Assembly: GCA_039587315.1 (NCBI GenBank)
Contig: JBDHIS010000021.1
Coordinates: forward strand, 1,972 to 65,971
Source of the DNA: Gemmatimonadota bacterium
GTDB taxonomy: Bacteria; Gemmatimonadota; Gemmatimonadetes; Gemmatimonadales; GWC2-71-9
Direction of reading: 5' to 3'
Length of the DNA: 64,000 bases
Shown: positions 16,107-24,415 of the stretch, piece after piece
How the letters are laid out: each line of letters opens with the position of its first letter
Numbering within the stretch: the stretch's first letter is position 1
Notes under the pieces: generated by a model
Seen by the model: the letters and a program-made list of their open reading frames with translations, nothing else
The model's database searches: none
Told to the model about the DNA's origin: nothing
Translations under genes and position numbers: made by a program

Positions 16107-16679
16107 CTACCCGATTCTCGGAAAGGTCAGCCCCACGGTTACCAGGAACAGCGACGAAGTGTCCGTTCCGCCGGCGGAGTCGTCAATCACCTGAAGAGCC
16201 CAATCGGCATTCGTCGTCAGCGACACTATTGGTGACAGGCGAAACTCGTAGCCACCGCCAAGGCTCATCCCGAAGCCGCCGTTCGTCGTGACCAGGTGGC
16301 CCGGGTTCAAATCGGTCGTGAAAGAAACTCCGGCGGCCCCCAAACCGCCCTTGAAGAAGAGCCCGCCGGTCCTGCTGGGGTAATACTGCACGAATAGGGT
16401 CCACACGCCGCGGCTGGTGACCACATCGTTCTGGTCCGTGACCCATCCCATGAGCTCGGTGCCGAGCACGACGTGCTCGTCGGGAACGCCGCCCGCTCTC
16501 ACGAACCCGGCGCCTCCCCAGTGACTCTCATCGGGAGCGACATCGTCCGTAGTCACGCCCGCGCCGAGGCCGACGCTGACCCAGAACCCGGCTCGTCGGG
16601 CTTCCTCCTGCGCCGCCGTCGCCCCAGGCACCAGCGAGAAGAACACTGCGAGACTCGCGACAACGTACGTCCGCTTCAT
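16107..16679 (-). CDS. outer-membrane beta-barrel (porin-family-like) protein
   Basis: Signal peptide MKRTYVVASLAVFFSLVPGATAAQ. Alternating Gly/aromatic beta-strand pattern. Terminal ...VGLTFPRIG. Confidence 0.6.
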   Translation of the reverse strand: MKRTYVVASLAVFFSLVPGATAAQEEARRAGFWVSVGLGAGVTTDDVAPDESHWGGAGFVRAGGVPDEHVVLGTELMGWVTDQNDVVTSRGVWTLFVQYYPSRTGGLFFKGGLGAAGVSFTTDLNPGHLVTTNGGFGMSLGGGYEFRLSPIVSLTTNADWALQVIDDSAGGTDTSSLFLVTVGLTFPRIG

Positions 16680-16832
16680 GTGGTCCCCGTCCAATCGGGC
16701 CCGCCTTCGGAACCTGGCGGGATCGGTTGAGTATCACGCTAAGGTAACCAGCTGCTTTGGCATTGTACCCAGTGGCATCATCAAGTTCCGATCTGGGTCC
16801 GCCATCGCCATGAAGGGACACGGAGGTACGAC

Positions 16833-17258
16833 GTGCGTATCATTCGCCCGCTCTCTCTGCTTTCGCTCTGCGTCGCCGTGGGTGCGTGTTTTCATGCAAC
16901 GGTCGAGACCGGCCTCGAGCCGTCGGCGCAGACCATCCACGAGCCCTGGGCCAACAGCTGGATTGCCGGCCTGGTGCCCCCGAGCACTATCGAAACTGCC
17001 GAGAAGTGCCCGTCGGGAGTGGCGAAGGTGGAGACCCAACAGACCTTCCTGAACGGCCTCGTCGCGGTGCTGACTCTGGGTATCTACACGCCCATGGAGA
17101 TCAAGGTCACCTGCGCTGCCGACGGTGGGGACCGAGTGGCAGGTCAGCCAGACGTATCGATTCGTGAGGACGCTACTCTCGAGGAGGTTCAGCAGGCGTT
17201 CATGGAGGCGGCCCATCGGGCGGCCGACGAGCGTCGACCGGTGTTGGTGCAGTTCTAA
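16833..17258 (+). CDS. Bor-family lipoprotein with a C-terminal extension
   Basis: Lipobox AVGAC. KCPSGVAKVETQQTFLNGLVAVLTLGIYTPMEIKVTC matches the Bor/Iss core as I remember it (ETQQTF.NGL...TLGIYTP.E..V.C). Confidence 0.8.
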   Translation: MRIIRPLSLLSLCVAVGACFHATVETGLEPSAQTIHEPWANSWIAGLVPPSTIETAEKCPSGVAKVETQQTFLNGLVAVLTLGIYTPMEIKVTCAADGGDRVAGQPDVSIREDATLEEVQQAFMEAAHRAADERRPVLVQF

Positions 17259-17304
17259 CACCACTTTTCATCCACCTCGTAGGAACCGCATGGAGGAGCA
17301 GTAG

Positions 17305-17339
17305 AAAGGGCCGCCAGCGAATCACTGGCGGCCCTTTTT
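17305..17339 (+). terminator. intrinsic terminator
   Basis: AAAGGGCCGCCAG-(7 nt)-CTGGCGGCCCTTT followed by TT. Confidence 0.7.
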
Positions 17340-17372
17340 CATCCCAGACACGTTGCGGAGCGGGTCAGAACC

Positions 17373-18950
17373 TCACTCGGGCGCCACGATGCGGTCGCGT
17401 GCTTCCGGATCCCAGGTCGGTGCGGTGGCTCCGTTCGCCACCTCTAGACCAACCAGGAACGCCAGCCTGACGATGCGGGAAGCCTGCTCAGGATCGGCTC
17501 TGTCCGGGTTGTCGGAAGCGCTGTGCAGATCCTCGTGGATGCCGCTGAAGAAGAACAGCGCGGGCACGCCCCGCTGAGCAAAGGGGTAGTGGTCCGAGTT
17601 GGGATAGAGCCCCTCGTGCTCCACCGGCGTGAGCTGAAGCTCCGGATGCGCGGCGAGGACTTGATCCACGAGCGCTCCCATTGAGCTGTAGTTCCTGCCC
17701 ACGAACCCTACCGTGTCCGGCGAGTTCCGTGCGATCATGTCGAGGTTGATCTCTCCCACCGTCTTGTCGAGCGGGATGATGGGGTGATCCACATAGAACC
17801 GGGAACCAAAGAGACCCCGTTCCTCAGCGGTCACGGCCGCGAATATGAGGGTCCTGGCCGGGCGCGGGTCGAGCGCGGCAAAGGCCTCGGCCAATTCGAT
17901 AATACCGATGGTCCCGGAGGCGTTGTCGTCGGCGCCGTTGCAGATCGAGTCGGCTGGGAGGACCTCGGAAGGACGGCATCGGTCGGCAATCGTGCCCACG
18001 TGATCCATGTGCGACGTGAACACCACTGCCTCGTCACGCAGCGTGGGATCACTGCCCTCGAGTACGCCCACGACGTTGGCGACGGTCGCTTGGTCCTGCG
18101 CCACGAAGTGGGGGGTGAACGAAATCGAAACGCCCTCCAGGGCCCGGACACCCTCTCCGGCCCCCGCTGCCAGGGTGGTGAATTCCTCTCCGGTCCTCTG
18201 CAGGAGCTCTTCGGCCGCAGCGGCCCGGACCCCGAAGACCATCATCCCCCGCTGATCCGGCGGCGCACCCACGAGCGTCCAGCGAGGCATGAACGTGGGC
18301 TGGAGGAATTGCTCGAAGATCTCCGGCGGGATCTCCGTGACGATGACCCAGGCTACTGCGCCCTCCCCCTGTGCCGCGCGAATCAGCGGGTTGAGCACGG
18401 AGCCGCGTATGTCCCCGAACTGGGCTACGTGAACTACCACGGCGCCGTGCACCGACACGCCGCCAAAGGGGTTCGACAGGTCCTGTGGGTTGCCGGGAAG
18501 CACGACGACCGGGGCCGCACCCAAGTCAGCCGGCGCCTGGTGGCTCGTGTAGATGAGGTCGCCGCCGAACAGCCACTCGAGCTCCATGCCCTGTCCAGAA
18601 ACCCACATCGCGCTCAGCGAGTCTGCCTGCGCCAGGGCCATTTGAAATGGCTGGTAGTAGCTCCCGGCGTAGCCCCCCGGGCTCAGCCCAGCGTTGCGGA
18701 ACTGGGCTGCCACCCATTCGGCGGCCTTTTCCAACTCTGGACTCGGACTCTCGCGGCCACGGGTCGAGTCGTGAGCGAATGCCCCGAGCTTGGCGCGGAA
18801 GTCCGCCTCGGTGATCGTCTCGAGGGCGCCGCTTACGTCTGCCTGGGACGCCACGTGCGGTGCGCTCGCGGCCGGTGCCTGGGCAGCGAGCTGCGTGGCA
18901 GGGATGGTCAAACAGCCGGTGAGGATGAGTATCTGTGTGAATCGTTTCAT
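17373..18950 (-). CDS. M28-family aminopeptidase with a PA-like insert
   Basis: SHMDHVG...GADDNASGT...TAEERGLFGS...NLDMI...SDHYPF are the M28 zinc-ligand motifs. The start was moved to MKRFTQILILTGCL. Confidence 0.85.
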   Translation of the reverse strand: MKRFTQILILTGCLTIPATQLAAQAPAASAPHVASQADVSGALETITEADFRAKLGAFAHDSTRGRESPSPELEKAAEWVAAQFRNAGLSPGGYAGSYYQPFQMALAQADSLSAMWVSGQGMELEWLFGGDLIYTSHQAPADLGAAPVVVLPGNPQDLSNPFGGVSVHGAVVVHVAQFGDIRGSVLNPLIRAAQGEGAVAWVIVTEIPPEIFEQFLQPTFMPRWTLVGAPPDQRGMMVFGVRAAAAEELLQRTGEEFTTLAAGAGEGVRALEGVSISFTPHFVAQDQATVANVVGVLEGSDPTLRDEAVVFTSHMDHVGTIADRCRPSEVLPADSICNGADDNASGTIGIIELAEAFAALDPRPARTLIFAAVTAEERGLFGSRFYVDHPIIPLDKTVGEINLDMIARNSPDTVGFVGRNYSSMGALVDQVLAAHPELQLTPVEHEGLYPNSDHYPFAQRGVPALFFFSGIHEDLHSASDNPDRADPEQASRIVRLAFLVGLEVANGATAPTWDPEARDRIVAPE

Positions 18951-19145
18951 TGAATGACGCTCGTGGTTGCGGTTACCTAGGTCCATTCAATTACGTTTCG
19001 GCCGGAGCTGCAGTTTCGAAGTTCAGGACCCTCCAACGGGGAGTCGATTGGTCGGATTGCGAGAGGGCAGGCAACTAGCGAGACTTCGGCGGGTTTCGGG
19101 TGGTACGAGAGAGAACCAACTTCCGGGTCATACACAGGAGTTACG

Positions 19146-19544
19146 ATGCGACGCTTCAAGTCAGTTCTGGCAGCCGTGGCGCTGGTTGCGGCCGCCACTA
19201 TGGTTGCAGCCTGCAGCGACAGCGGACCCACGCCGGAGGATATCGCGGGCGACTATGTCCTCACTTCGGTCGCGGGCCGGCCCGTGCCGGCTACCGTCAA
19301 CCTTCCCAATCAATCCTTCGTCGTGGAGAGCGGCTCGCTGGCCGTACGCGTCGACCTGACCTGCACGTTCGTCCGGGTCATTGACACCATCACGCTCACG
19401 GATCAGTGCACCTACACCCTGAACGAGGAGCGCATGACGGTTGAGATGCTGACTCTGCAGGAGACCTGGACGGGCCTCATAACCCGCAGCATCATCACGC
19501 TGACCAACCCGGACGGCATCTCTTGGGAGTTCCAGCTGCCGTAG
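19146..19544 (+). CDS. hypothetical lipoprotein
   Basis: MRRFKSVLAAVALVAAATMVAAC lipobox. AGGAG lies upstream. Confidence 0.55.
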   Translation: MRRFKSVLAAVALVAAATMVAACSDSGPTPEDIAGDYVLTSVAGRPVPATVNLPNQSFVVESGSLAVRVDLTCTFVRVIDTITLTDQCTYTLNEERMTVEMLTLQETWTGLITRSIITLTNPDGISWEFQLP

Positions 19545-19566
19545 GGTCAGAGGGACCAGGCAACAC

Positions 19567-19594
19567 GAAGCGCCCGGCATGTGCCGGGCGCTTC
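19567..19594 (+). terminator. hairpin terminator
   Basis: GAAGCGCCCGGCA-TG-TGCCGGGCGCTTC followed by TTCGT. Confidence 0.5.
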
Positions 19595-19655
19595 TTCGTG
19601 GGCCAACCAAGGGAGTGGGACTGCGTTTGCGTTGACGATCGAGTAGGGAAGGGCG

Positions 19656-20000
19656 TTACGAGCCGGCTTGCCTTCCGGCCTGCCTTGCCTGGCGCAGGAG
19701 TTGGTCTCTCAGCCGCGCCCTCTGGCGCTTGACGGCGAATACCACCATCCCGAGAATCCACACCAGCACGAGTCCCGCGAACGTAAACAGGGGCCAGCGC
19801 ACGAACGCCCACAGCACACCGAACAGCACCACGGCGAAGGCGGCCGCCACGCCGAGCCCGATCAGCGCCGTCACCACTCGCTCACGCCAGGGCGGCTTGG
19901 CCGGCGCCCCATAGCTGCGGAGCCAGGGGCCGACCCGGGGGCCACCGCGGGGCGGCGTGTCGGTCTTGGCCTTGGCCTCTCGCTGCTCTTCCGGTGCCAT
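19656..20000 (-). CDS. hypothetical membrane protein (2 TM)
   Basis: Two hydrophobic helices (VVTALIGLGVAAAFAVVLFGVLWAFV and LFTFAGLVLVWILGMVVFAV) flanked by basic regions. Confidence 0.45.
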   Translation of the reverse strand: MAPEEQREAKAKTDTPPRGGPRVGPWLRSYGAPAKPPWRERVVTALIGLGVAAAFAVVLFGVLWAFVRWPLFTFAGLVLVWILGMVVFAVKRQRARLRDQLLRQARQAGRQAGS

Positions 20001-20017
20001 TCGGGGTTACCTCTACT

Positions 20018-20296
20018 TCAGTCGGCGGGCGGGCACTGAACGTTGGTGGGAGGAGTGTTTCCGCAGGCGATGCTCTCGTTCATGCCGCTGGCCAACAGCG
20101 CACACGCGGCCTTCTGGGCCGCTGCTCGCGCCGCCGCCTCGTTCTCCCCCGACCCCCGACGGCAGTACGTCTGACCGTGATAGCTCACGCAGAGTTCGCA
20201 CTCGGCCTGCACCGTGCGCATGCTGCCCATGACGATCGCGACGGCGAACACCACCACCGCCACTATGAGTGCCACTGTCCGGCTGCGCTTCTTCAT
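20018..20296 (-). CDS. small secreted 6-Cys protein (hypothetical)
   Basis: MKKRSRTVALIVAVVVFAVAIVMGS signal/anchor. The mature part of about 60 aa has 6 Cys. Confidence 0.5.
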   Translation of the reverse strand: MKKRSRTVALIVAVVVFAVAIVMGSMRTVQAECELCVSYHGQTYCRRGSGENEAAARAAAQKAACALLASGMNESIACGNTPPTNVQCPPAD

Positions 20297-20423
20297 GTCG
20301 TATCCTCGGGAGGGTTCTGGGTATCGCCAAATCTAATTACCCGTCCGGCCGGCGAACGGCAATCCGCGTCAACGCTTCAGGAAACCGGGCTGCGCCCCGG
20401 GCCGTAGAGATGCTGGAGGCGCC

Positions 20424-21140
20424 ATGCCGTATGTGATCCCGGACATTCCGGACATCCCCGACATCGAGGACCTGCTTCGGGACGCTCAGCCGCGGCGGCG
20501 GGTCACGGCGAGAGGCCTCCTGTTTGCACTGGGATGGCTCCTGTTCAAGGTCGCCGTACTGGTCGTGTTGCCGTTCGTGGTCCTCATTCGCACCTCCACG
20601 TGGCTCTACCTGTCTCGCGGGTTCCCCGGGTGGGTGGCACTGGCCTGCGGCGGGGCTCTGGCGCTGGTCGTGCTCACTCTCTACGGGGCGTGGGCCTCGA
20701 AGCGCCTGACGGGTGAGGCCAGAGCTCGCTTCGTCGCCAAGTGGGTGGCGCTGCCACTCGTCATCCTGTACTGCGGCTACACTCTGCTCCATCTCGCCAG
20801 CGTGAACGCCAAGACTGAGCGGGTGCAGAGCTACTACACTTCACTGCACCCGATCCTGCGCGTGGCGGTGTCCACACTGATCCTGGCCGACGACGAGCTG
20901 GTCGTGACGGATCTCAGCAGGTCCCCGGAGGACTACGCTGCGATGGGGCTCCCCGTGTACGAGGCGTCGCTGCATTACCCGCAGGACGACGGCTACGTCC
21001 ACGCAATGGACCTCCGCACCATAGGCCGCGCCGAGTGGCGTAACGTGTTGACCCAGAGCTATTTCCGGTTCCTCGGATTCCGCACCGTAAGGCATGTGGG
21101 GACGGCGGATCACCTCCACGTGTCCCTTCCCCCACGGTGA
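20424..21140 (+). CDS. hypothetical polytopic membrane protein with a soluble C-terminal domain
   Basis: N-terminal IPDIPDIPDI repeat and 3-4 TM segments. The C-terminal SLHYPQDDGYVHAMDL...ADHLHVS loosely recalls LAS-type Zn-hydrolase motifs; this is weak. Confidence 0.5.
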   Translation: MPYVIPDIPDIPDIEDLLRDAQPRRRVTARGLLFALGWLLFKVAVLVVLPFVVLIRTSTWLYLSRGFPGWVALACGGALALVVLTLYGAWASKRLTGEARARFVAKWVALPLVILYCGYTLLHLASVNAKTERVQSYYTSLHPILRVAVSTLILADDELVVTDLSRSPEDYAAMGLPVYEASLHYPQDDGYVHAMDLRTIGRAEWRNVLTQSYFRFLGFRTVRHVGTADHLHVSLPPR

Positions 21141-21257
21141 CGCAGCGCACGGGGACGGCGTGAGCCGTGTCATAGGTTGTAGGCAGCAGGCAGCGCCATT
21201 GCAGTAATCGCGTGGCCCCCGAGTTCACGCCCTCAGCGGCCCAACCCCCCCGCGACA

Positions 21258-21794
21258 ATGCCGCCAACACAGGCGCCCCAAACAGGCACCGAGTTGCCGG
21301 GCACGTCCACCATCGTCGCAGCCGCTGGAACCCACTTCCTGCCCCGGCTGCCGTTCTCCCGTGCCGATTGGGATGCGGCGTGTTACGCAGCCTTTGGAGA
21401 GGGTCGCGATCCCGCGACCTGTCCGGACTGCGGCAGGACAGGCTTTTTCGGCCCCCGTATCGAGGAGCCCGACCGGCGCTATCGCCAGTGCCGGTTCTGC
21501 GGCTTCACCCAGGAGGTGGATAGCCAGCCCCAGCGCTACCGCCCCACCGTTCATCGCTGCGCTGAATGGCCCAGCTGCGCCCGCGCGCCGTACATCTGGT
21601 GGGTCGCACCCAAGGTGGCAGCCTATCGCTGCCCCTTCTGCGGCGACCGCGTAATCGTCTCCAAGGCCCTGGTGAGACGCCCGGCAGACGACCCGCGACA
21701 TGCCTGGCAGCACGTGCCGCAGAGCAAGAGCCGGTTCTATTACGCCGAGTTCTGGAGCAACTGGGAGTACACCAAGGGCAGGGTGGAACTGTAG
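21258..21794 (+). CDS. hypothetical multi-Cys zinc-ribbon protein
   Basis: CPDC-x17-CRFC, then Cx5C ... CPFC. No family recognised. The start is uncertain. Confidence 0.45.
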   Translation: MPPTQAPQTGTELPGTSTIVAAAGTHFLPRLPFSRADWDAACYAAFGEGRDPATCPDCGRTGFFGPRIEEPDRRYRQCRFCGFTQEVDSQPQRYRPTVHRCAEWPSCARAPYIWWVAPKVAAYRCPFCGDRVIVSKALVRRPADDPRHAWQHVPQSKSRFYYAEFWSNWEYTKGRVEL

Positions 21795-21863
21795 ACCCCG
21801 GGGGGCGCCAAGACGCTGACTTGCGTCCTGGCGCCCCTTCCGCGAAGCGCGGCCTGAAGCTGC

Positions 21864-22730
21864 CTACTGTCCGCTGTTCAGGATGAGTGGCAGCCCGTCG
21901 GCGCCGCCCACGATCACGACCTTGGTGTTGGCCGATTGCGCCAGGTTCTCGGTCGCCTCGATACCCTTCCACCTGAGCAGTCGCTCGTCGATCCCCTGGG
22001 AGACGATGCGCTGGAAATCGGCGATACCCTGGGCCTCGATTCGCTTGCGCTCGGCCTCCTGGCGCTCCCGCTCCAGTACGAAGCGCATCTGCTCGGACTC
22101 CTGCTCGGCCTTGAGCTTTTGCTGGATCGCGTCGGAAACGACACGCGGCAGCTCGATGTTGCGCAGCAGGATCGATGCGTTGGCCATCCCGCGCTCCACG
22201 AAGACCGGTCCCAGATCCCTCAGGATCTGCTGCGCGATCACCTCGCGCCCGGAGGTGTACAGCGCCTTCGCCTCGAAAGCGGCGGTCGCACCACGCACGT
22301 GAGAGCGGAGCTGCGGGCTCACGAAGACCTCCTGATACCGTGGCCCCAGCGTGCGGTACACCTCGGGAGCCATCTCGGGGTCCAGATTGAACAGCAGCGA
22401 CACGTCGAGGCTCAGGATGAGCCCCTCGGAGGAGGGCACGGCCGCCGTCTCCATGATCTCCTGGGTGCGCACCGACATCCTGTGAATCGTGACCATCGGG
22501 TTGACGAACCGCACCCCAGGCTGCAGGTAGCGGTCGCTCACCCGCCCGAAGACGTCCTGCACTCCGACGTGGCCGGCAGGGACCACGGTCACGCTGTTGA
22601 CGGCGGTCCAGACGAGTATCACGGCGACGACGCCCACGGCGGCAATGCGTTGGACGCCTCTGGCGCGCGAGCGCAGCACCAGGACGATGAGGGCAACGAC
22701 GAGCAATAGCAGCCCGGTGAGGTACAGCAC
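21864..22730 (-). CDS. SPFH/band-7 (prohibitin-family) membrane protein
   Basis: N-terminal TM, then VTVVPAGHVGVQDVFGRV...ILLRNIELP...IQQKLKAEQESEQ...ERKRIEAQGIADFQ, a typical SPFH domain with its coiled coil. Confidence 0.85.
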   Translation of the reverse strand: MLYLTGLLLLVVALIVLVLRSRARGVQRIAAVGVVAVILVWTAVNSVTVVPAGHVGVQDVFGRVSDRYLQPGVRFVNPMVTIHRMSVRTQEIMETAAVPSSEGLILSLDVSLLFNLDPEMAPEVYRTLGPRYQEVFVSPQLRSHVRGATAAFEAKALYTSGREVIAQQILRDLGPVFVERGMANASILLRNIELPRVVSDAIQQKLKAEQESEQMRFVLERERQEAERKRIEAQGIADFQRIVSQGIDERLLRWKGIEATENLAQSANTKVVIVGGADGLPLILNSGQ

Positions 22731-22924
22731 ATGGTCCTCCGGTCGATTTGAAATCGTGAGATGCGAACCTCTGAATATGATGGAGCACCGAGACTTCGGG
22801 CCATCTTGCCGTCGATTTGGCCTTCCGCTAACCTTATTCCACCGCGACGCCGGGCCGGCCCTCCGTCGCGGCCCTCTTTAGGGTCACCGCGCGTTCGTCA
22901 AACACCCGACATGGTAGAAGCCGC

Positions 22925-24415
22925 GTGAACTCATCCGTCAAAGTCGTTCCGCTCGACAGGGTTGCGGCGCCTCTGCTCGCCGTCGCCGTAGGCGAGCTGA
23001 GCAGCGGGAAGGTGCCCAGCTCACTGCTCGGACTGGACGCGAACGCAGCCGGTGAGCTGTCCAGGCTGATCGGTAGCGGCGACTTCACGGGAAAGCGTGA
23101 CCAGCAGGCGGTAGTCTATCCCAAGAAGGGTGCGAAGCGACTCCTGCTGGTTGGCCTTGGACCGCCGGCCGAGATCACGCGCGGCGCAGTGCGCCGCGGC
23201 GCGGCGGTGGCCGCGCGGAAGGCGTTGGAACTCGAAGCGGAGGCGATGGCCTTCCACCTGGCACACGAGACCCACGGCGGAGTCCCGCCCGCGGTGGTGG
23301 GACAGGTTGCTGTGGAGGGGGTGGCGCAGGGTGCGTGGCAGTTCGGCTCCCTCAAGGCGACCGAGAAGAAGAAGGGCGTCCGCGTGCTCGAGATAATCGC
23401 CACGCGGGAGGAGCGCCCCGACGTGGAGCGGGGGCGCAAACTCGGCGCGGCCGTGGCTAGCGGCCACCAGTTGGCCCGCAACCTCCAGGCGCTCCCGGGC
23501 AATGTGTGCACTCCCTCCTATCTCGCCGACATCGCCCGGCGGCTGGGCAAGGCGTACGAGTACAAGGTCACGGTCCTGAACCGCGCCCACATGGCCAAGG
23601 CGGGCATGGGAGGGCTGCTGGCGGTGGCGCAAGGGTCACTCCAGGAGCCGCGCTTCATAACGATCGAGTACCGCAACGCCGGCCGGACTCCACCCATCTG
23701 CTTCATTGGCAAGGGCATAACGTTCGACTCGGGCGGGATCTCCCTCAAGCCGGCCGAGAAAATGGAGGAGATGAAGTACGACATGTCCGGCGCCGCCGCC
23801 GTGCTCGGACTGTTCGAGACCCTCGCCCACATCAAGCCCAAGGCCAACGTGGTCGGGATCGTACCGGCCAGCGAGAACCTGCCGTCGGGCACCGCCATCA
23901 AGCCGGGCGACGTGGTGCGCTCCCTCCTCGGGAAGACCATCGAGATCCAGAACACCGACGCCGAGGGCCGCCTCGTTCTGAGTGACGCGCTGGCTCACGC
24001 GCGCCGCTTCAAGCCGGCCTGCGTAATCGACGCGGCGACTCTCACCGGCGCCGTCGTCATCGGCCTGGGGCATCACGCCACGGGCCTGATGGGGAACGAT
24101 GATCACCTGCTCGACGAGGTCAGGCACGCGGGTGACCTCGGTGGGGAGCGGTGCTGGCCGCTGCCACTGTGGGATGAGTATCGCGAGCAGATCAAGTCGG
24201 ACATCGCCGATGTCAAGAACATCGGCGGGCGACCCGCCGGCACGATCACTGCCGGTTGGTTCCTGCGCGAGTTCGTGGACGGCTTCCCCTGGGCGCACCT
24301 CGACATCGCCGGCACCGCATGGACGGACTCGGACCGACCCGACATGGCCAAGGGCCCGACCGGCGTCGGAGTCCGGCTGTTCACCGAATTCGTCCTGGGG
24401 CGTGCCCTGGGGTGA
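22925..24415 (+). CDS. pepA: leucyl aminopeptidase (M17)
   Basis: NTDAEGRLVLSDAL signature, GKGITFDSGGISLKP and MKYDMSGAA. Confidence 0.9.
   Translation: MNSSVKVVPLDRVAAPLLAVAVGELSSGKVPSSLLGLDANAAGELSRLIGSGDFTGKRDQQAVVYPKKGAKRLLLVGLGPPAEITRGAVRRGAAVAARKALELEAEAMAFHLAHETHGGVPPAVVGQVAVEGVAQGAWQFGSLKATEKKKGVRVLEIIATREERPDVERGRKLGAAVASGHQLARNLQALPGNVCTPSYLADIARRLGKAYEYKVTVLNRAHMAKAGMGGLLAVAQGSLQEPRFITIEYRNAGRTPPICFIGKGITFDSGGISLKPAEKMEEMKYDMSGAAAVLGLFETLAHIKPKANVVGIVPASENLPSGTAIKPGDVVRSLLGKTIEIQNTDAEGRLVLSDALAHARRFKPACVIDAATLTGAVVIGLGHHATGLMGNDDHLLDEVRHAGDLGGERCWPLPLWDEYREQIKSDIADVKNIGGRPAGTITAGWFLREFVDGFPWAHLDIAGTAWTDSDRPDMAKGPTGVGVRLFTEFVLGRALG

Noticed and set aside
16833-17258. Bor homologue as evidence of a prophage
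   Set aside because: The flanking genes are an OMP gene and an M28 peptidase gene. There are no phage structural, lysis or integrase genes.
21505-22788. 427-aa minus-strand ORF
   Set aside because: It overlaps the SPFH gene out of frame, as well as the antisense of the zinc-ribbon ORF. Its extreme Arg/Pro/Gly content marks it as spurious.
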